From NCBI RefSeq assembly GCF_046119375.1, contig NW_027362773.1:113646001-113710000 (forward strand): a stretch of 64,000 bases of DNA. Reading direction: 5' to 3'. Under the pieces are notes generated by a model that was not told the origin of the DNA, ran no database searches, and saw nothing but the letters and a program-made list of their open reading frames with translations. How positions within the stretch are numbered: the stretch's first letter is position 1; each line of letters opens with the position of its first letter. The translations under genes and the position numbers were made by a program. The stretch is from Phyllobates terribilis. Taxonomy: Eukaryota. Of this stretch, positions 57,530 to 64,000 are shown one piece after another.

Positions 57530-60500
57530 GTAAGTTACTTACCAGTAACGGGATTTTTCAGAGACCATGACAGCACCACGAGAGAGGGGATCCGCACACC
57601 AAGGAGAGGAAACCTACAGGCTTAAAAGGGCGCCACCTCTCTCCCGCCTCAGTTTGGATTACAGAGCATTGAGAGGACCGCCAGGTTAATAAACACAGCA
57701 AACAATCACAAAATTGCCATACCAGACGACACCTATTGAGTGTGAGATTATAATTAATAAAAGGGGAGTGTTCCCACAAACATGAAGGGATTGAATATAA
57801 GGGTGCTGTCATGGTCTCCGAAAAATCCCATTACCGGTATGTAATTTAAGATTTTATCGGTCGACCATGACAGCACCACGAGAGAATTACAGAGATGAAG
57901 TAATCTATTGAAGGACCACAGCCTGGAACACTCTTCTCCCAAAGGTGAGGTCAGCCGATACACCCATATCTAACCTATCGTGTCTATGGAATGTAGAGGG
58001 ACAGGACCAGGTAGCAGCCTTACATATGTCTTCTATCGAGACACCTGTCTTCTCAGCCCAGGAGGTCGCCACAGCCCGGGTGGAATGAGCCTTCAGCCCT
58101 TCTGGCACTTCCTCGCCGCTAGATGTACAGACCAAAAGTTTGGAAACACCTTCTCATTTAAAGATTTTCGGTATTTTCATGACTATGAAAACTGTACATT
58201 CACACTGAAGGCATCAAAACTATGAATTAACACATGTGGAATTATATACTTAACAAAAAAGTGTGAAACAACTGAAAATATGTCTTATATTCTAGGTTCT
58301 TCAAAGTAGCCAACTTTTGCTTTGATGACTGCTTTGCACACTCTTGGCATTCTCTTGATGAGCTTCAAGAGGTAGTCACCAGAAATGGTTTTCACTTCAC
58401 AGGTATGCCTTGTCAGGTTTAATAAGTGGGATTTCTTGCCTTATAAATGGGGTTGGGACCATCAGTTGTGTTGTGCAGAAGTCTGGTGGATACACAGCTG
58501 ATAGTCCTACTGAACAGACTGTTAGAATTTGTATTATGGCAAGAAAAAAGCAGCTAAGTAAAGAAAAACGAGTGGCCATCATTACTTTAAGAAATGAAGG
58601 TCAGTCAGTCCGAAAAATTGGGAAAACTTTGAAAGTGTCCCCAAGTGCAGTTGCAAAAACCATCAAGCGCTTCAAAGAAACTGGCTCACATCAGGACTGC
58701 CCCAGGAAAGAAAGACCAAGAGTCACCTCTGCTTCTGAGCATAAGTTTATCCGAGTCACCAGCCTCAGAAATCGCAGTTTAACAGCAGCTCAGATTAGAG
58801 ACCAGGTCAATGCCACACAGAGTTCTAGCAGCAGACACATCTCTTCAACAACTGTTAGAGGAGACTTTGTGCAGCTGGCCTTCATGGTAAAATAGCTGCT
58901 AGGAAACCACTGCTAAGGACAGGCAACAAGCAGAAGAGACTTGTTTGGGCTAAAGAACACAAGGAATGGACATTAGACCAGTGGAAATCTGTGCTTTGGT
59001 CTGATGAGTCCAAATTTGAGATATTTGGTTCCAACCACCGTGTCTTTGTGCGACGCAGAAAAGGTGAACGGATGGACTCTACATGTCTGGTTCCCACCGT
59101 GAAGCATGGAGGAGGAGGTGTGATGGTGTGGGGGTGCTTTGCTGGTGACACTGTTGGGGATTTATTCAAAATTGAAGGCATACTGAACCAGCATGGCTAC
59201 CACAGCATCTTGCAGTGGCATGCTATTCCATCTGGTTTGCGTTTAGTTGGACCATCATTTATTTTTCAACAGGACAATGACCCCAAACACACCTCCAGGC
59301 TGTGTAAGGGCTATTTGACCAAGAGGGAGAGTGATGGGGTGCTACGCCAGATGACCTGGCCTCCACAGTCACCAGACCTGAACCCAATCAAGATGGTTTG
59401 GGGTGAGCTGGACCGCAGAGTGAAGGCAAAAGGGCCAACAAGTGCTAAGCATCTCTGGGAACTCCTTCAAGATTGTTGGAAGACCATTTCTGGTGACTAC
59501 CTCTTGAAGCTCATCAAGAGAATGCCAAGAGTGTGCAAAGCAATCATTAAAGCAAAAGGTGGCTACTTTGAAGAACATAGAATATAAGACATATTTTCAG
59601 TTGTTACACATTTTTTTGTTAAGTATATAATTCCACATGTGTTAATTCATAGTTTTGATGCCTTCAGTGTGAATGTACAATTTCCATAGTCAAGAAAATA
59701 CAGAAAAATCTTTAAATGCGAAGGTGTGTCCAAACTTTTGGTCTATACTGTATATGATAGAGAAATGGCCTCCCAATTCCATCTAGCTATGGTGGACTTC
59801 GTGACCTTACCTTAGGCCGTTCCTAGCCCCTTGGTAGGATATAAACAACGAGTTATCTTTCCTAAAGCTTTTGGTAACTGAATGGTACCTAACCACACAT
59901 CTCCTCACTTCTAACGTATGTAACTCCACCTCTTTCTGGTTACTAGGATGTGGACAAAAGGAGGGTAGGAGGACTTCCTGAAGTCTGTGGAAACGAGTAG
60001 CTACCTTAGGGAGAGAGAGAGTGATTTTTAGACCAGATCCTGCCTATCATCCAGAATTTGAGTAAACGGCGAGGCCATAGACAGGGCCTGGATGTCACTA
60101 ATGCTCCTGGCCGAGGTTAAAGATATTAAAGCGGTCTTAAGAGAGAGGGATTTAAGGGTTGCTGACTATTAGCTCAAACGGCGAGCTAGTCAAGGCCTTT
60201 AGAACCAAATTTAAATCCCAGGGAACCAAGCTGCTTTTAATAACGAGTCTAGATCTAAAAGCTGCCTTAATGAACCGAGAAACCCAGTAGCTACAAGCTA
60301 GATCACAGCTATATAGGGCACCCAAGGCAGAAATCTGTACTTTAAGGGTGCTGGTGGATAACCCTAGTTCAAGACCTTTTTGTAAAAACTCCAAAGATTT
60401 TTCCTATTGGCACCCCCTCCCCATCAACCCCAGAACCAAAGAAAGACAAAAACTTTCTCCAACTTGTGGCATAAATCTGGGTTGTAACAGGTTTTCTGCT

Positions 60501-61486
60501 GTGCATCAGGATGGTTACTAGACCTTGGGAAAAACCTTTCTGATTTGGCAGTGTCCTTTCAAGTTCCACACCGTCAAGTGGAGGCCAGTTGCTTGAGGAT
60601 GGAATATCGGACCCCGGAGAAGGAGATATGGAATCTCTGGAAGAACCCAAGGATCGGAGATGGACATGTTCCTCAGGCATGAGAACCAGGGCCTCCTGGG
60701 CCAAAAGGGTGCGATCAGCAGAACCCTGGCCTTGTCCTCCCTGATCTTTCTTATGACCATGAGAAGAACAGCGAACCGGGGGCGGAGGAGTCATACGCCA
60801 GGCTGAAATCCCAACATATCAGGAGAGCGTCCACAGCTAGGGGATTTAGGAAACACAAGATCTTTGTCTTCCGATTTAGTTTTGTAGCAAACGGATCTAC
60901 CAGACCGGAGGCCCCCCCCCATCTTCGGCTATTTGGGTAAAAATTCCTTGATTTAGTTCCCATTCCCCTTGCATCAGAGGATAGCTTAGGAAATCTGCTC
61001 TCATGTTTTCTTTTTCCCTTATATGGAGGGCCATCAGGGAAAGGAGGTGACTTTCTGTAATCTGGAAGAGATGATCTGTCACTCTCATCAGCGATCTTGA
61101 CCATATATCCCCCTGGTGGTTCACATATGCTACTGCAACTAGATTATCCAAGAGGATCTTTACATTCTGGCCCTGAAGGAAAGGTAAGAAATTATTCACC
61201 GCCTTGTCTACCGCCAGAAGTTCTTTGCACTGGAGGAGAGACCCTTTTCGATATCTGACCAGGTCCCCTGGGCTACCATATCTCCCAGATGGGCTCTCCA
61301 CCCTCTCGGACTCGCATCTGTGGTAATTGTTCTAGTGACCCTAAGTACCCAGGGAACCCCTCGAGATAGGTTAGGCTCATCCTGCCACCACTATAAAGAT
61401 TTTACTGACCGGGGTGATAAGGACATCTTCCCTTCCAAGTGCCCCTTAAGAGAAACTTTATTATGTAGCACATCCCACTGTAGAAC
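57530..61486 (-). mobile_element. DIRS1-type retrotransposon, copy B (3' part), interrupted by Tc1 and by an LTR element
   Basis: RT/RNase H remnants 60897-61480; recombinase STLKVQISALG, then AHSTRAVATSWA..AATWS..TF at 57905-58125; terminal inverted and direct repeats at 57539-57890. Confidence 0.88.
58128..59750 (+). mobile_element. Tc1-family DNA transposon, near full length, inactive transposase (ATG 58536 to 59587)
   Basis: TA target-site duplication; about 265-bp terminal inverted repeats; motifs WSDES, QQDND and SPDLNPIK (catalytic Glu changed to Lys); frameshift near 58860. Confidence 0.93.
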
Positions 61487-62768
61487 TGTGGCGCCCCTGA
61501 GGGTTCGACCGCCACAGGGATGCTGCACTTCTATAATGGAGTGTAGTGTTCCTCCTCCGAGGTAAGAACAGCGTGATGGTCGGGAACCAACCTTTGCATC
61601 CAACACCACATTTCTCCACCAGAGGGGGCTAGTATGCACCAGGTGCTGCCCTCCTGGTTACAGGGAGACTGGGGAACCAAGAGTTAGGGGAACCAGTTAA
61701 TGGGTGAGGGTGGAGGACTTACAATTTAGTGACACTTTAAATTTCACATTTAATAAAAAGCCATCTTTGGTTTTGGTCTTTGTGCTGTTAATTACTGTGA
61801 GGTACTGTGATCTCCCACCCTGAACGTGGATCCTCTGTGGACCTGCAGTGGATGGAGACACAGCCCTCATACCCCGGCCTTGGGATGAGGGGCAGGTTGC
61901 AGACGAGGAATGTCTCAACCCGCTCAAGGACCACGACCAAGAAGGCCCAGAGCTTAAGAGTGTAGCGCCACAGCAAATGGATCCCGGGGAGGATGCAGAC
62001 GGAGCGGTGTATGCCACCTGTCCTCACCACCTGATATATTCAGAGGGAGTCCGGCTGCAAGAGGGGTACCGGCCCCCGACACCCGACCTTGCTACTCCAT
62101 GTCCTGGTTGGGAAAGCCCGGTAGGCCCAGAGGATCCCATCGGGTATCGGAAGGAGCGGAGCTGCTACCCGTGCCCTTGTTCTGAGAGGAGTTCAGAGGG
62201 AGACCCGGCCTATCTACACACACACAGACAGGAGAGGATACGGTCTGTAGTTCAGGAATACTCTGGTGCGGGGTCCCGATTGAATGCTGGACTTGCTCGG
62301 AGGTTGTCGTCCCCCCGTCCGTGGTGACCGCAGGACTCCGCGGGGAGCAGGGAGTCCCCTTCCTTCTGCCATCTCTAATGTGAGTAAAGCCTTGGAAGTT
62401 CACCCCTATGGCCTCCGGACTGTTTATTCTGCGGCACCCGTACTCCTCTACTACTACCCCCTCCATCCTGTCTCTACCTGCCCTGAGGCCCTGCTCCACC
62501 TGTGGGGAGTAGTAACAACCATGGCTGCCCTAACACCAGGCCTCAGCGGACTGCAGCAGCGCTGGTGGCATTCACCAGGTGCCACAGGTGGCATAGTCGA
62601 AATCAGCCACTTAACCCGGATAAGCCCACACCATCCTTTTAATGTGACGGCCCTGAGCACGGGTCGGGTCCGGGCCACGGCTGCACCCCCTTCTCTCCAT
62701 CTCAGGACCCGACTCCGAGTCCCCATCTCCTAGGGTAAACAAAAGGGCTATCGAGTAGAGGCGTCACA
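61487..62768 (+). mobile_element. 5' LTR (about 1.28 kb) of an LTR retroelement, probably Gypsy-like
   Basis: TGTGGCGCCC...GGCGTCACA; starts exactly where DIRS copy B RT sequence stops; followed 3 nt later by a PBS. Confidence 0.8.
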
Positions 62769-62771
62769 ACC

Positions 62772-62789
62772 TGGCGTAGTCGGCAGGAT
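62772..62789 (+). other. Primer-binding site complementary to the 3' 18 nt of tRNA-Ser
   Basis: TGGCGTAGTCGGCAGGAT is the reverse complement of ATCCTGCCGACTACG-CCA, the vertebrate tRNA-Ser 3' end (recalled sequence). Confidence 0.85.
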
Positions 62790-63150
62790 CGCGTGCCCGC
62801 AGCAAAGGAAGGAATTACCCATTGCTACCGGGTACTGTGTGCCTTACACCTTGAACTTTCGTTTAACACCTAAAATGGCGCCCGCCCAAGAAGAACAGGC
62901 GCCATAGTGCTGTGAAAAGACGGTCTTCAAACGCCTCCCATCGTGGGCTGGGCTCCCGCTTGGCGCCAAAAATGTGGACTGCCCCTTCCATCAGAAACTG
63001 TCCGCGGGGTAATGCCCGTCAAACCGGAAGGGCTGAACGAAGGCGGGCCTGTCAGCATGCCGCCCAGGAACCGCCCCGAAAGAGGAGGAAGAAGAAAAGC
63101 AACAAGGTGCGGCCATTGCAATCGGAGGTTGGCATTCTTCAGAGGCAGAC

Positions 63151-64000
63151 ATGAACGCTTCTGGAGCGCAACCCACCGAACCTTCTGAACCCGGTTCAGG
63201 CCCTTCACCCGGCAGGGAGCGATGCGGCAGCGTGTTAACAGCGGGAGATTTGGAATTTCTCCAACAGGAAGCCCCGGGTCTCATTTGGAGACAGAGAGAG
63301 GCCCAAGAGGCGGCGACGGCTGCGTGGCGGGAAGAGATGTTGCTACGTATCCGGGCCCGCCACTAAGGAGTTGAAGCCCAAGGAGCTACGGTGACAGAGG
63401 TCGTGAGCGGCCCAGCGGCGGGTGAGTGTGCTACCCCTGCCCCGGCTGCAGAGCCTACCGTTCCAATCCTGGACCTCATGGCCAAATATCTCATACCCAG
63501 CGCGGCCACCTGGGAGCAGGTCTTGGCTCCGGAGCTGCAAGCGGCAGCTATAGGTGGGGACCTGCGATGCTGCCCTACTCCCGAACCCGAAGTGCCTGAA
63601 GCTGCAGAGCTGTCCACCGGCTCCAACCCGGATTGGTCCGCGCTTGCAGAGGACCCGCAGCAGCCTTTAATGACACCGCTATCCGCACCAACGGTCACCT
63701 GGCCGGAGGCTGAGGAGTGGGCCTGGGACAACGGGGGGGGGGGACCTGATGGGCTTCCCCCGGGAGACCTGGGCTGAAGCGCAGAGGAGGAGCCAGCGGT
63801 GCAGCGAGCAGATACTCCAGCTCGCTCGGGAGCAACGTCAACGGGAGCTCCGCTGAGAACGCCTCGAGGTACGGGCCAAAGCTGCTAAATCCCGGGCTCG
63901 TCAGGAGGAGGCCACTCGCCCCAGTCCCCGAGTGGAAGGGCAAGTCATCCGCTTCCACCATGAGGCGGGGTGGCGGTTCATCAATATCATGCACATTTCC
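63151..64000 (+). pseudogene. Disrupted first ORF of the LTR element: Pro/Ala/Glu-rich linker, charged helical segment, cold-shock-domain-like motif; runs off the window
   Basis: Can be joined across TAA 63364-63366, a frameshift in the G11 run 63733-63743 and TGA 63854-63856; ends RVEGQVIRFHHEAGWRFINIMHIS. Confidence 0.6.

Noticed and set aside
61848-62733. Several 100-160 aa ORFs inside the LTR
   Set aside because: GC-rich LTR sequence with overlapping ORFs on both strands and no recognisable domain

Overview
Vertebrate genomic DNA, most likely an anuran amphibian (inferred from the repeat complement: TTAA-flanked T2/Kolobok-type MITEs, DIRS, L2, Tc1). It holds three host genes whose exons I reconstructed by hand. 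(1) A two-exon IFIT-family interferon-induced TPR gene on the minus strand (436 aa). (2) INTS5 on the plus strand (940 aa, with a probable non-coding first exon). (3) GANAB, glucosidase II alpha, on the plus strand (25 coding exons, 955 aa including a 66-nt cassette exon). Four large minisatellites, two solo LTRs, L1 and L2 LINE fragments and many MITEs fill introns and intergenic space. The last 14 kb is a nested stack: two decayed DIRS tyrosine-recombinase retrotransposons, a Tc1 inside one recombinase gene, an isolated GUF1 exon, and an LTR retroelement with a tRNA-Ser primer-binding site. The most unusual signals are a cold-shock-domain-like RNP1 motif in the first ORF of that LTR element (cut off by the window edge), the IFIT paralogue's apparent loss of canonical RNA-binding residues, and the orphan GUF1 exon. 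Comparisons to human proteins are from recalled sequences, not from searches.
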